A stretch of 37,101 nt of DNA, from positions 1 through 37,101 of the forward strand of contig JACQEX010000022.1 of assembly GCA_016200345.1 (NCBI GenBank), given 5' to 3'. This stretch comes from Nitrospinota bacterium (GTDB taxonomy: Bacteria; Nitrospinota_A; UBA7883; JACRGQ01). Positions 8,954 through 17,499 of this stretch are shown piece after piece. Under the pieces are notes generated by a model, which worked only from the letters and a program-made list of their open reading frames with translations, searched no databases and was not told where the DNA came from. The stretch's first letter is position 1; every line of letters begins with the position of its first letter. Position numbers and translations under genes: made by a program.

Positions 8954-9143
8954 ATGTGCGTTTCCCTAAAATCCGACAAAAAATGGCAAAGTGAAAAATT
9001 TTTTATACGTCGGCAAGTTAGCATTATTTTACAAAAGTTTACCATGATTGACTTGCCATAGTAATTTAAGGAGTTAAACTGCTTTCGAGTCGTATTTTTT
9101 TATCGGCGTTGAAAACTTTTTAACGGCATTAAAAATGCCCTGA

Positions 9144-10121
9144 TTATGTTGCGGTGAGCGAGATTATTTCCTGCTCCATGACGTGCCATTCGTTCAGCCC
9201 CGAGCTTTTGATTCTAAGGTCGGCCTGCGAGAGCCTTACGATGTTTTTCTTGAGCGTCTCGGCGCTTAGTTTGGACGCCTGGGCGAAGTACCCGGACGCA
9301 TAATAGGAGTTTAGCCCGCATTTTGCCGCTATCTCCGCGTCGTTCAGCCTCTGCGCCTTGAGGGTGTTTATCCGCAAAAGGATTCTAAACTGCCGCGCTA
9401 TCATCCCCATCAGCATTATCGGCTCCTCGCCGTCGTCCTTTAGGGTCTTTAACGTCTCCAGCGACGCCTCGGTTTTTTTGTGTCCTATCATGTCCACCAA
9501 TTTAAACACCGAGTGCAGGGGAGGGGTGCTGACGCACGCCTCCACGTCTGCGACCTCGACGGTTTTCGCGCCGCCTAGGTACGTCTCCAGTTTGTCCAGC
9601 TCCGCGTCCGCGAACGAGAGGCGATTTTGAAACCTTTCCAAAAACATCTCCTCCGCGGCCCTTGAAAAACTAATTTTGCGGGACCTCATTTTTTGCGCGA
9701 CGATGGCCCTTCGCTCGCCGTCCTTCGGGTCGAACTTAAAAGTTTTTGCCTTGGCCGAAAAATCCTTCCAAAACTTCAGCCTTCCGTCAACCTTGCCGGC
9801 CCTCAGCACAAGCACGACGTCGGGGGAGGGGCTTTCGACGTATCGAAGAAGCGCGGGCTGGTCTTCCTCGCCCAATTTTTCCGCATTGGAGGCAAGAACG
9901 CCTCGAAGCCCGCCGAAAAACGAGACGGTCATCACGTCGGCCAAAAGCTGGCCCGCCCCTTCCGCCAGGTCGTAGAGCGTCCACGCGGTGGAGGGGTCCG
10001 GCGCCTCGGATAGAACCTCTTTTTTTAGGCGGGCGATTTCGGCCTTGATGAGGCTCTCCTCGGAGCCGTGGATAAAGTAGACTTCGCCCCCCTTGATTTT
10101 GGCGGGGGAGGGGGGCGGCAC
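9144..10121 (-). CDS. holA: DNA polymerase III delta subunit
   Basis: 325 aa. HolA-like N-terminal Rossmann-like region and C-terminal helical domain. Tightly packed downstream of the metallophosphoesterase gene. Confidence 0.75.
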   Translation of the reverse strand: MPPPSPAKIKGGEVYFIHGSEESLIKAEIARLKKEVLSEAPDPSTAWTLYDLAEGAGQLLADVMTVSFFGGLRGVLASNAEKLGEEDQPALLRYVESPSPDVVLVLRAGKVDGRLKFWKDFSAKAKTFKFDPKDGERRAIVAQKMRSRKISFSRAAEEMFLERFQNRLSFADAELDKLETYLGGAKTVEVADVEACVSTPPLHSVFKLVDMIGHKKTEASLETLKTLKDDGEEPIMLMGMIARQFRILLRINTLKAQRLNDAEIAAKCGLNSYYASGYFAQASKLSAETLKKNIVRLSQADLRIKSSGLNEWHVMEQEIISLTAT

Positions 10122-10122
10122 G

Positions 10123-10851
10123 CTATCTTCCTTCCGCGAGTCTTTTGATAAGGTGCTCTGGCAGTTTGGCCTTGGTCATTTTCTTTTGCGTTCTTGCGAG
10201 GTCGTACTCCACGCGCCTGTAGGAGACGTTTCTAATTTTGTCGTCGTAGACCAGATAGCAGGCCTCGCGGTTGGAGTCGCGCGGCTGGCCGACGCTTCCG
10301 GCGTTTATGATGTATTTTCTTTTTGGCTCCAGCGTCTTATAAATGTCGTGGATCGGGATTATGTTCGACGCGTCGGCGTATTCTATTATCATCGGGATGT
10401 GCGAGTGGCCGATGAAGCATACGTTTTTTACGAGCGAGTCGTAGTTGTCCATCGCGTCCTGAAGCGAGTGAACGTACCTCCATTCATCCGGGGCCAGCGG
10501 CGAGGAGTGGGAAAGTTGCACGCCGTCCGTCACGGCGGTCGGTTTGAGGGATTTCAGGTAATCCTTGTTGGCGTCCGTGAGGAGTTCTATGGTCCATAGA
10601 AGCGAGTCCCTTGCGTAGGGGTTGAAATAGGAGTGGTCGGTGAGGCCGACGGCGGCAAGGTCGTGGTTTCCGGCCAGCACGACGTCGGAGTTTTCGCGTA
10701 TGAGCTCCACGCATTCGTTCGGGTTTGGGCCGTAGCCGACCAAGTCGCCTAGGAAAAACTTTTTGTCCGGCTCCTCGCGCTTCATGTCCTTAAAGACCGC
10801 CTCCAGCGCCTCGAGGTTTGAGTGGACGTCCGAGAAAATTGCGACTTTCAT
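10123..10851 (-). CDS. calcineurin-like metallophosphoesterase (YfcE/MJ0936-type)
   Basis: Motifs DVHSN, GDLVGYG, GNHD, GHSH characteristic of the MPP superfamily. Confidence 0.85.
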   Translation of the reverse strand: MKVAIFSDVHSNLEALEAVFKDMKREEPDKKFFLGDLVGYGPNPNECVELIRENSDVVLAGNHDLAAVGLTDHSYFNPYARDSLLWTIELLTDANKDYLKSLKPTAVTDGVQLSHSSPLAPDEWRYVHSLQDAMDNYDSLVKNVCFIGHSHIPMIIEYADASNIIPIHDIYKTLEPKRKYIINAGSVGQPRDSNREACYLVYDDKIRNVSYRRVEYDLARTQKKMTKAKLPEHLIKRLAEGR

Positions 10852-10852
10852 C

Positions 10853-11263
10853 CTAGGCGTCCGATTTTTTGTGGCGCGTCTCGTTCGAGACTTTTCCGAG
10901 TATTCCGTGTATGAATGGGACCGACTCGGGAGACGCGTAATTTTTGGCTATCTCCAGAGCCTCGTCAACCACGACGGCCGTGGGGACGTCCGGGCATTCC
11001 GTCAGCTCGAAAATCGCCACTCGCAGGATGTTTTTGTCCACGATGGCCATCCGCTCCAGGGGCCAGTTCTCCGCCGAGGCCTTGATGAGCGCGTCTATCT
11101 CCTTCCCCTTTTTGTCCACCCCCTCGACGAGACGCATTGCGTTTTCCCGCATGGCGTCCGAGACCTTGTGCATTTTCCAGTAGTCCTCGGCGGAGGCGGG
11201 GCTGTTTGCAAACTCCTTGGAGTAGAGGATTCTCATGGCCGCCTCCCGTGCCTCCCTGTTCAC
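10853..11263 (-). CDS. nusB: transcription antitermination factor NusB
   Basis: 136 aa. NusB fold signature (AREAAMRILY ... LVDEALEIAK). Classical position after ribH. Confidence 0.9.
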   Translation of the reverse strand: MNREAREAAMRILYSKEFANSPASAEDYWKMHKVSDAMRENAMRLVEGVDKKGKEIDALIKASAENWPLERMAIVDKNILRVAIFELTECPDVPTAVVVDEALEIAKNYASPESVPFIHGILGKVSNETRHKKSDA

Positions 11264-11314
11264 GGTAAAGCCGCGATTTTGCTTTTTTGGACGTCCGTCA
11301 TTTTTTTTGTCGGC

Positions 11315-11779
11315 CTAAAATTTTTGTTTGGCGAGATCCATCATTTCCAAGGCGGTCATGGCGGCGTCCCATCCCCTGTTTCCGGCCTTTCCGCCTGCGC
11401 GATCCACCGCCTGCTCGACGCTTTCCGTTGTTACCACGCCGTAGACGACCGGGACGGGGGCGTTGACGGCGATGGAAGAGATTCCTTTTGTCACCTCCGC
11501 GGCGAGGTGCTCGTAATGGGACGTCTCGCCCCTAATTATCGCGCCGAGGCAGATTACGGAGTCGAACTTCGCGGCGTCCACCGCCTTTTTGGCGGCTACG
11601 GCTATTTCGAAGGCGCCGGGGACTCGCACGAGCGTAACGTCGTTGTCCGCCGCGCCGTGGCGAACGAGGCAGTCGCGCGCCCCGTCAATTAGTTTTGAGC
11701 AAATAAAATCGTTGAACCTGCTTGCGATGATGGCGATTTTCTTTCCGTTCCCGGAAAGTTTTCCTTCGATGACGTTCAT
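11315..11779 (-). CDS. ribH: 6,7-dimethyl-8-ribityllumazine synthase
   Basis: 154 aa. KIAIIASRFN and the conserved VPGAFEIAVAAKK / VICLGAIIRG motifs. Confidence 0.95.
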   Translation of the reverse strand: MNVIEGKLSGNGKKIAIIASRFNDFICSKLIDGARDCLVRHGAADNDVTLVRVPGAFEIAVAAKKAVDAAKFDSVICLGAIIRGETSHYEHLAAEVTKGISSIAVNAPVPVVYGVVTTESVEQAVDRAGGKAGNRGWDAAMTALEMMDLAKQKF

Positions 11780-11813
11780 TTTTCCTTCTCCAAAAACGCG
11801 TTAATTAAAAAAT

Positions 11814-13067
11814 TCACAAAGGGGAGTCCCCGCCCTTTAACTTCAGCAGGTGCCCCATCTTATCCTTTTTTGCGGTGAGATACTTTATGTTGTCCTTTTT
11901 CGGCGCGGTGTCTAGCGGCACGCGCTCCACAATCTTCATCCCGTACCCCTCAAGGCCGACGATTTTTTTCGGGTTGTTGGTGAGCAGGCGCATGTTCCCC
12001 ACGCCGAGATCCTTCAATATTTGCGCCCCGATTCCGTAGTCGCGCAAATCGGGCTGGAAGCCGAGCTTTGCGTTGGCCTGCACGGTGTCGTGCCCTTTTT
12101 CCTGAAGCGCGTAGGCCATAATTTTATTTATGAGGCCGATGCCGCGCCCCTCTTGGAATAGGTAGACCAGCACGCCGTTCCCCTCTTTGGAAATGGCGGT
12201 GAGCGCCGCCGAAAGCTGTTCGCCGCAGTCGCACCTGTTGGAGTGGAATACGTCTCCGGTGAGGCACTGGGAGTGGACGCGGACGAGCGTGCTTTTGTCG
12301 TGGTTGATTTCGCCCATGACGAGGGCCACGTGGTTGTCGTCGTTTATCACGTTTTCGAAGCAGATTATTTTGAAAAGCCCGAACTCCGTCGGGAGCGCGG
12401 CCTCGGCCATTCTTTTTACCAACGACTCGCGGTTGAGTCTGTAGTTGATGATTTCCTTCACGGTGATGATTTTCATGTCGTGCTCGGCGGCGAATTTTTT
12501 AAGGTCGTCAAGCCGCGCCATGCTTCCGTCGTCGTTCATTATTTCGCAGATTACGCCGGACGGGTCGAGGCCCGCTATCTTGGCGAGGTCAACGGAGCCT
12601 TCGGTCTGCCCGGCGCGAACCAGCACGCCCCCCTCGCGCGCGCGAAGCGGGAAGACGTGGCCGGGGCTTACGAGGTCGTCCGGCTTTGCGTCCGGGTTTA
12701 CCGCCGTTTTTATTGTCAGGGCCCTGTCGGCGGCGGATATGCCGGTGGAGACCCCGAGCCTTGCCTCTATGGAGACGGTGAAGGCGGTTGAAAACCGAGC
12801 GCGGTTTTTGTCGGTCATAAGGTTAAGGCCGAGGGCGTCGGCCTTTTCTCCGGTGAGGGCCAGGCATATGAGACCCCTGCCGTGCTTTGCCATAAAGTTT
12901 ACGATTTCCGGCGTCACCTTTTCGGCGGCGCAGACGAGGTCTCCCTCGTTCTCGCGGTCCTCGTCGTCCATGAGGATGACCATTTTTCCTTTTGCCAAAT
13001 CCTCGGCGGCGGACTCCACCGACGCGAAGTCGGACGATTTGCCGGTTTGCGTCTTAATTTCGGTCAT
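11814..13067 (-). CDS. ribBA: bifunctional 3,4-dihydroxy-2-butanone-4-phosphate synthase / GTP cyclohydrolase II
   Basis: N-terminal DHBP synthase domain (DDEDRENEGDLV), C-terminal GCH-II domain with a zinc-binding CxC (RCDCGEQ). Confidence 0.95.
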   Translation of the reverse strand: MTEIKTQTGKSSDFASVESAAEDLAKGKMVILMDDEDRENEGDLVCAAEKVTPEIVNFMAKHGRGLICLALTGEKADALGLNLMTDKNRARFSTAFTVSIEARLGVSTGISAADRALTIKTAVNPDAKPDDLVSPGHVFPLRAREGGVLVRAGQTEGSVDLAKIAGLDPSGVICEIMNDDGSMARLDDLKKFAAEHDMKIITVKEIINYRLNRESLVKRMAEAALPTEFGLFKIICFENVINDDNHVALVMGEINHDKSTLVRVHSQCLTGDVFHSNRCDCGEQLSAALTAISKEGNGVLVYLFQEGRGIGLINKIMAYALQEKGHDTVQANAKLGFQPDLRDYGIGAQILKDLGVGNMRLLTNNPKKIVGLEGYGMKIVERVPLDTAPKKDNIKYLTAKKDKMGHLLKLKGGDSPL

Positions 13068-13082
13068 TTTGACTCCTTGGTT

Positions 13083-13685
13083 TCATCCGTTTTTTATCGG
13101 CTGGAGCAGTTTCTCCGCGTATTTCGCCATGATATCACATTCGATGTTTACCGGCGACGAGGGAAAAAGCAGGGAGAGGTTTGTCTCTTTTAGGGTGTGT
13201 GGGATGAGTGCGATTCTTATTTTGCCCCTCGTTATTTTTGCGACCGTAAGGCTTATGCCGTTTATGGAGACGGAGCCTTTTTCGACCATGTATCTTAGAA
13301 GCGGCTTTTGGATTTCAAAGTCCATCTCCATGTATTCGCCCGCTTTTTTCTTTGCGGCAAACCGCCCGACGCCGTCCACGTGCCCCTGGACGATGTGTCC
13401 GCCGAGCCTGTCCGTGGCGCGAAGGGCCTTTTCCAGGTTCGTCTTGGAGCCGGTTTTATATTTGCCGACGATTGAGCGGTCCAGCGTTTCCCTCGACACG
13501 TCGAAACTACAGGCACCGCCGGCGATGTGTTTCGCGGTGAGGCAGACGCCGTCCACCGCTATGCTGTCGCCCAGATTGACGTCGGCCCAGAACGCGGGGG
13601 GGGCCTTTATCTCGAGGACGGCGGACGAGGCCCCGGCCGTCAGCCGCGCCACGGTTCCCATGGACTGAATTATTCCGGTGAACAT
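13083..13685 (-). CDS. ribE: riboflavin synthase alpha subunit
   Basis: MFTGIIQSMGTV start and duplicated lumazine-binding halves. Confidence 0.9.
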   Translation of the reverse strand: MFTGIIQSMGTVARLTAGASSAVLEIKAPPAFWADVNLGDSIAVDGVCLTAKHIAGGACSFDVSRETLDRSIVGKYKTGSKTNLEKALRATDRLGGHIVQGHVDGVGRFAAKKKAGEYMEMDFEIQKPLLRYMVEKGSVSINGISLTVAKITRGKIRIALIPHTLKETNLSLLFPSSPVNIECDIMAKYAEKLLQPIKNG

Positions 13686-14800
13686 TATTTTTTTACGTAT
13701 CCTTCAACAAGGACGTCGCCGACGCTGTTTTTTGCGGGGCCGTCCGCCGGGATGGTCGTTACGGATAGTTCCAGAAGTCTGGAGGCCTTGGGCAAATCTT
13801 TTGCCATGTCGGTTCCCGCAAGCGAGTACCGCCCCTCTCCGCCGATAATCAACGGAGCGTAGAAAAGCGCCATTTTATCCACCATGTCGTTTTTCATCGC
13901 GTCCCCAATCATGCTTGCGCCCCCTTCGAGCAGTAGCGATACGATTCCCCGTTTTGCAAGCTCCTTCATAAGGGCCTTTAAATCCACCCGTTTGTTTTTT
14001 TCTTCAACGCGAATTATTTTCGCACCCTCGTCCTCGAGGGACTTTATCTTTTTTTGGTCGTCGCTTGTGGTGGCTATCCAAACCTCCCCTCCGGCGGAGT
14101 GGAGAATCCGCGCCGTGGGCGGCGTTCGCAGGGAGCTGTCCGCCACCACCCGGACCGGCTGTCGGTCCGATTTTTTGCCGACCCTTGCGTTGAGTCTCGG
14201 GTTGTCGTTTAGGAGCGTGTTTACGCCGACCAGAACGGCGTCGCTGGAGGCGCGCATTTCGTGCACTTTTTGTCGCGAGTTCTCGTTGCTGATCCATTTG
14301 GAGACCCCGGCGGAATCGGCCATTTTGCCGTCGAGGGAAAGCGCGACCTTAAGGGTGACGAACGGGATTTTTTCGGTGATGAATTTGTTGTATGCCTCGT
14401 TGAGTTTTTTTGCCTCTTTTTGAAGAAGCCCTTGGAAGACGGCGACGCCGGCCTTTTTTAGCTGTGCCGTCCCTTTGCCGCAGACCAGCGGGTTTGGATC
14501 CTGCGCGGCGATTGCGACTTTTTTAATTCCCGCCTTGATGATCGCGTCGGTGCAGGGCGGCGTTTTCCCGTGGTGGCAACAGGGCTCCAGCGTGACGTAG
14601 AGGGACGCCCCCTTTGCGGCGTCCTTCGCCTTTTTAAGGGCGACTATCTCCGCGTGGTCTCCTCCGGCCTTTTGGTGGAACCCCTCCGCAATTATCCTGT
14701 TCCCCTTGACGATTACAGCCCCGACCATCGGGTTGGGGCTCGTGCGCCCCCTCGCCGTCTCGGCGAGTTGAAGGGCGCGCGTCATGAACTCCGGCTTCAT
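13685..14800 (-). CDS. ribD: bifunctional diaminohydroxyphosphoribosylaminopyrimidine deaminase / 5-amino-6-(5-phosphoribosylamino)uracil reductase
   Basis: Cytidine-deaminase-like zinc motif HAEIVAL ... PCCHHGKTPPC followed by a RibD_C reductase domain. Confidence 0.95.
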   Translation of the reverse strand: MKPEFMTRALQLAETARGRTSPNPMVGAVIVKGNRIIAEGFHQKAGGDHAEIVALKKAKDAAKGASLYVTLEPCCHHGKTPPCTDAIIKAGIKKVAIAAQDPNPLVCGKGTAQLKKAGVAVFQGLLQKEAKKLNEAYNKFITEKIPFVTLKVALSLDGKMADSAGVSKWISNENSRQKVHEMRASSDAVLVGVNTLLNDNPRLNARVGKKSDRQPVRVVADSSLRTPPTARILHSAGGEVWIATTSDDQKKIKSLEDEGAKIIRVEEKNKRVDLKALMKELAKRGIVSLLLEGGASMIGDAMKNDMVDKMALFYAPLIIGGEGRYSLAGTDMAKDLPKASRLLELSVTTIPADGPAKNSVGDVLVEGYVKK

Positions 14801-14808
14801 TCGTTCGG

Positions 14809-17463
14809 TCAGGCCGTGCCGGACACTCCGGATTTTTTACCGCCCGAGAGGGCCGCGTGCGCCGCCGCCAGCCTGGCTATCGGCAGGCGGTACGGCGAGC
14901 AGGAGACGTAGTCCAGCCCCAGCCTGTGGCAGAGGTTCACGGAAAGCGGGTCGCCGCCGTGTTCGCCGCAGATGCCGATTTTCAGCTTTTTGTTCGTGCT
15001 CCTTCCCTTGTGGATGCCGATTTGCATCAGCTGTCCGACGCCCTCCTCGTCTATGCTCACGAAGGGGTCTTCCTTGAAGATTCCCTTCTTCACGTACTCC
15101 GGCAGGAACGTCCCCGCGTCGTCGCGGCTGAGGCCGAGGCAGGTCTGCGTGAGGTCGTTGGTGCCGAACGAGAAGAAGTCCGCCGCCGTGGCGATTTTGT
15201 CCGCAATAAGCGCCGCCCTCGGAAGCTCTATCATGGTGCCGATGACGACCGGAATCTTGGTTTTGCCTTTCTTCAGCACCTCGTTGGCGGTTGTGATTGC
15301 GTGGTTCCTGCAAATCGTCAGCTCTTGTATGGTGCCGACAAGGGGAATCATGACCTCCGGCAGGACGTTGACGCCCCTCTTTTTAAGCTCGACCGCCGCC
15401 TCGTAAATGGCGCGAACCTGCATGTCGTAAATCTCCGGGAACGTAATGCCAAGGCGGCACCCCCTGTGCCCGAGCATCGGGTTGGACTCCGAAAGCTGTT
15501 TTGCGCGTTTTTCCACCTCTTTTGGCAGAAGGCGCATTTCGTGCGCCAGCGTTTCGAGTTGCTCCTCGGTTTTGGGAAGGAACTCGTGGAGTGGCGGATC
15601 CAAAAGGCGGATGGTGACGGGTAGTCCCTCCATCGCCCTCAAAATTCCTTTGAAGTCGTTTCTTTGCATAGGCAGAAGTTTTCTAAGGGCGCGCGCGCGG
15701 GCCGGTTTGTTGTCGGCGATTATCATTTCGCGCACGGCGAGTATTCTGTCTTTGGCGAAGAACATATGCTCGGTTCTGCAAAGGCCGATTCCTTCGGCGC
15801 CAAATTTTCGCGCCAGAGCCGCGTCGGCGGGGGTGTCGGCGTTTGCCCTTATTCCCAGCGAGCGGGTCTCGTCCGCCCATTTCATAAGCGTGAAGAAGTC
15901 GTTTGATAGTGAGGGGGAGACGAGGTTCGTCTTCCCGAGGATGACGCGCCCGGTGCTACCGTCCAGAGTTATCCAATCGCCCGCGTGGACGGCGGTTTTG
16001 CCGACGGCGAAGAGCCTGTGCGGCTCGTCAATTTTTATTTCGCCCACGCCGGAGATGCAACATTTGCCCATTCCGCGCGCGACGACCGCCGCGTGTGACG
16101 TCATGCCGCCGTGTACGGTGAGTATTCCCTTCGAGACGCTCATGCCGCTTAAATCCTCCGGGGAGGTCTCGTAGCGGACGAGTATGGGGCTTCCCCCTTT
16201 TTCGGCGAGTTGCCTCGCCTCCAGCGAGGAAAACACAACCTGGCCGACCGCCGCGCCGGGAGACGCCGGGAGGCCGTGCGCCATAACGGTCACCTTGGCC
16301 TTGTGGTCAATGGTCGGGTGCAGGAGCTGGTCCAACTGGGCCGGCTCGATGCGCTTGAGCGCGTCCTTCCTGCTGATTCTTTTTTCGCTGACGAGGTCCA
16401 CGGCCACTTTTACGGCGGCGGCGGCGGTTCGTTTGCCGACGCGGGCCTGCAACATATAGAGTTTTTTGTCCTGGATTGTGAACTCCAAATCCATCATGTC
16501 GTTGTAATGTAGCTCAAGTTTTTTGGCGATTTTAAGGAGATCCGCCGTAGCCTGCGGGAACACCTTCGCCATGCCGGTTACGTTGAGCGGCGTCCGTATT
16601 CCGGCGACCACGTCCTCCCCCTGCGCGTTCACGAGGAACTCGCCGAAGAATTTATTTTCGCCGGTGCTCGGGTTTCGGCTGAAGGCGACGCCGGTGCCGG
16701 AGTCGTTCCCCATGTTTCCAAAGACCATGGACTGCACGTTTACTGCGGTGCCCCACGTCTCGGGGATGTTGTACATCTTTCTGTAGTCGCGCGCGCGCTG
16801 GTTGTCCCACGAGTCGAAAACCGCGTCAACCGCCATTTTTAGCTGTGTCTGCGAATCCTGCGGGAACGATTTGCCGGTCTGCTTTTTCACCGCCGACTTG
16901 AACTGGTCCACCAACTCCTTAAGCGCCTCCGCAGAGAGGTCGGCGTCGAACAGGGCGCCCTCGGCCTCCTTCATTTTTTCCAGTATCGCGTTGAAGACGT
17001 CCTTTTTTACGTTTAGGACGACGTCGCCGAACATCGAGATGAACCTGCGGTAGGAGTCGTAAACAAACCGCGCGTTGCCGGTTTTTGCGATTAGCGCGGG
17101 AATGGTGACGTCGTTAAGCCCCAGGTTTAGCACGGTGTCCATCATTCCCGGCATCGAGGCGCGGGCGCCGGAGCGGACGGAGAGAAGAAGCGGGTTTACG
17201 GGCGAGCCGAAATCCCTTCCCATCTCTTTTTCGAGTCTTTTCATGTTTTTTGAGATTTCGGCCTCGAGACCCTGGGGGTATTTTCCCTTGTGGGTGAAGT
17301 AGTAGACGCAGGCCTCGGTGGAGATTGTGAACCCGGCGGGGACGGGGCAACCGAGGTTGCACATCTCGGCAAGGTTAGCCCCCTTGCCGCCTAGTAGGTT
17401 CTTCATGGTGGCGGCTCCCTCCGCCTTGCCGGAACCGAAATAATAAACAAACTTTGTAGCCAT
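14809..17463 (-). CDS. ppdK: pyruvate, phosphate dikinase
   Basis: 884 aa. N-terminal ATP-grasp region, central phosphohistidine domain (GGMTSHAAVVARGMG), C-terminal PEP-utilising TIM barrel. Confidence 0.95.
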   Translation of the reverse strand: MATKFVYYFGSGKAEGAATMKNLLGGKGANLAEMCNLGCPVPAGFTISTEACVYYFTHKGKYPQGLEAEISKNMKRLEKEMGRDFGSPVNPLLLSVRSGARASMPGMMDTVLNLGLNDVTIPALIAKTGNARFVYDSYRRFISMFGDVVLNVKKDVFNAILEKMKEAEGALFDADLSAEALKELVDQFKSAVKKQTGKSFPQDSQTQLKMAVDAVFDSWDNQRARDYRKMYNIPETWGTAVNVQSMVFGNMGNDSGTGVAFSRNPSTGENKFFGEFLVNAQGEDVVAGIRTPLNVTGMAKVFPQATADLLKIAKKLELHYNDMMDLEFTIQDKKLYMLQARVGKRTAAAAVKVAVDLVSEKRISRKDALKRIEPAQLDQLLHPTIDHKAKVTVMAHGLPASPGAAVGQVVFSSLEARQLAEKGGSPILVRYETSPEDLSGMSVSKGILTVHGGMTSHAAVVARGMGKCCISGVGEIKIDEPHRLFAVGKTAVHAGDWITLDGSTGRVILGKTNLVSPSLSNDFFTLMKWADETRSLGIRANADTPADAALARKFGAEGIGLCRTEHMFFAKDRILAVREMIIADNKPARARALRKLLPMQRNDFKGILRAMEGLPVTIRLLDPPLHEFLPKTEEQLETLAHEMRLLPKEVEKRAKQLSESNPMLGHRGCRLGITFPEIYDMQVRAIYEAAVELKKRGVNVLPEVMIPLVGTIQELTICRNHAITTANEVLKKGKTKIPVVIGTMIELPRAALIADKIATAADFFSFGTNDLTQTCLGLSRDDAGTFLPEYVKKGIFKEDPFVSIDEEGVGQLMQIGIHKGRSTNKKLKIGICGEHGGDPLSVNLCHRLGLDYVSCSPYRLPIARLAAAHAALSGGKKSGVSGTA

Positions 17464-17499
17464 GCCCGCCTCCCCAAATTGTTGTGGTTTTTTATGCCT

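Noticed and set aside
10763-13668. Long plus-strand ORFs (309 aa at 10763-11692, 407 aa at 12445-13668) antisense to nusB/ribH/ribBA/ribE
   Set aside because: They overlap well-supported conserved genes on the other strand and have low-complexity Ser/Ala/Arg-rich translations typical of stop-poor antisense frames in high-GC DNA. The same applies to 20416-21354, 24731-25588, 28048-28956, 35043-35768 and similar track ORFs.
14801-14808. FMN riboswitch (RFN element) ahead of the rib operon
   Set aside because: ribD starts 8 bp after the ppdK stop, so there is no room for a leader and no RFN-like conserved boxes were seen.
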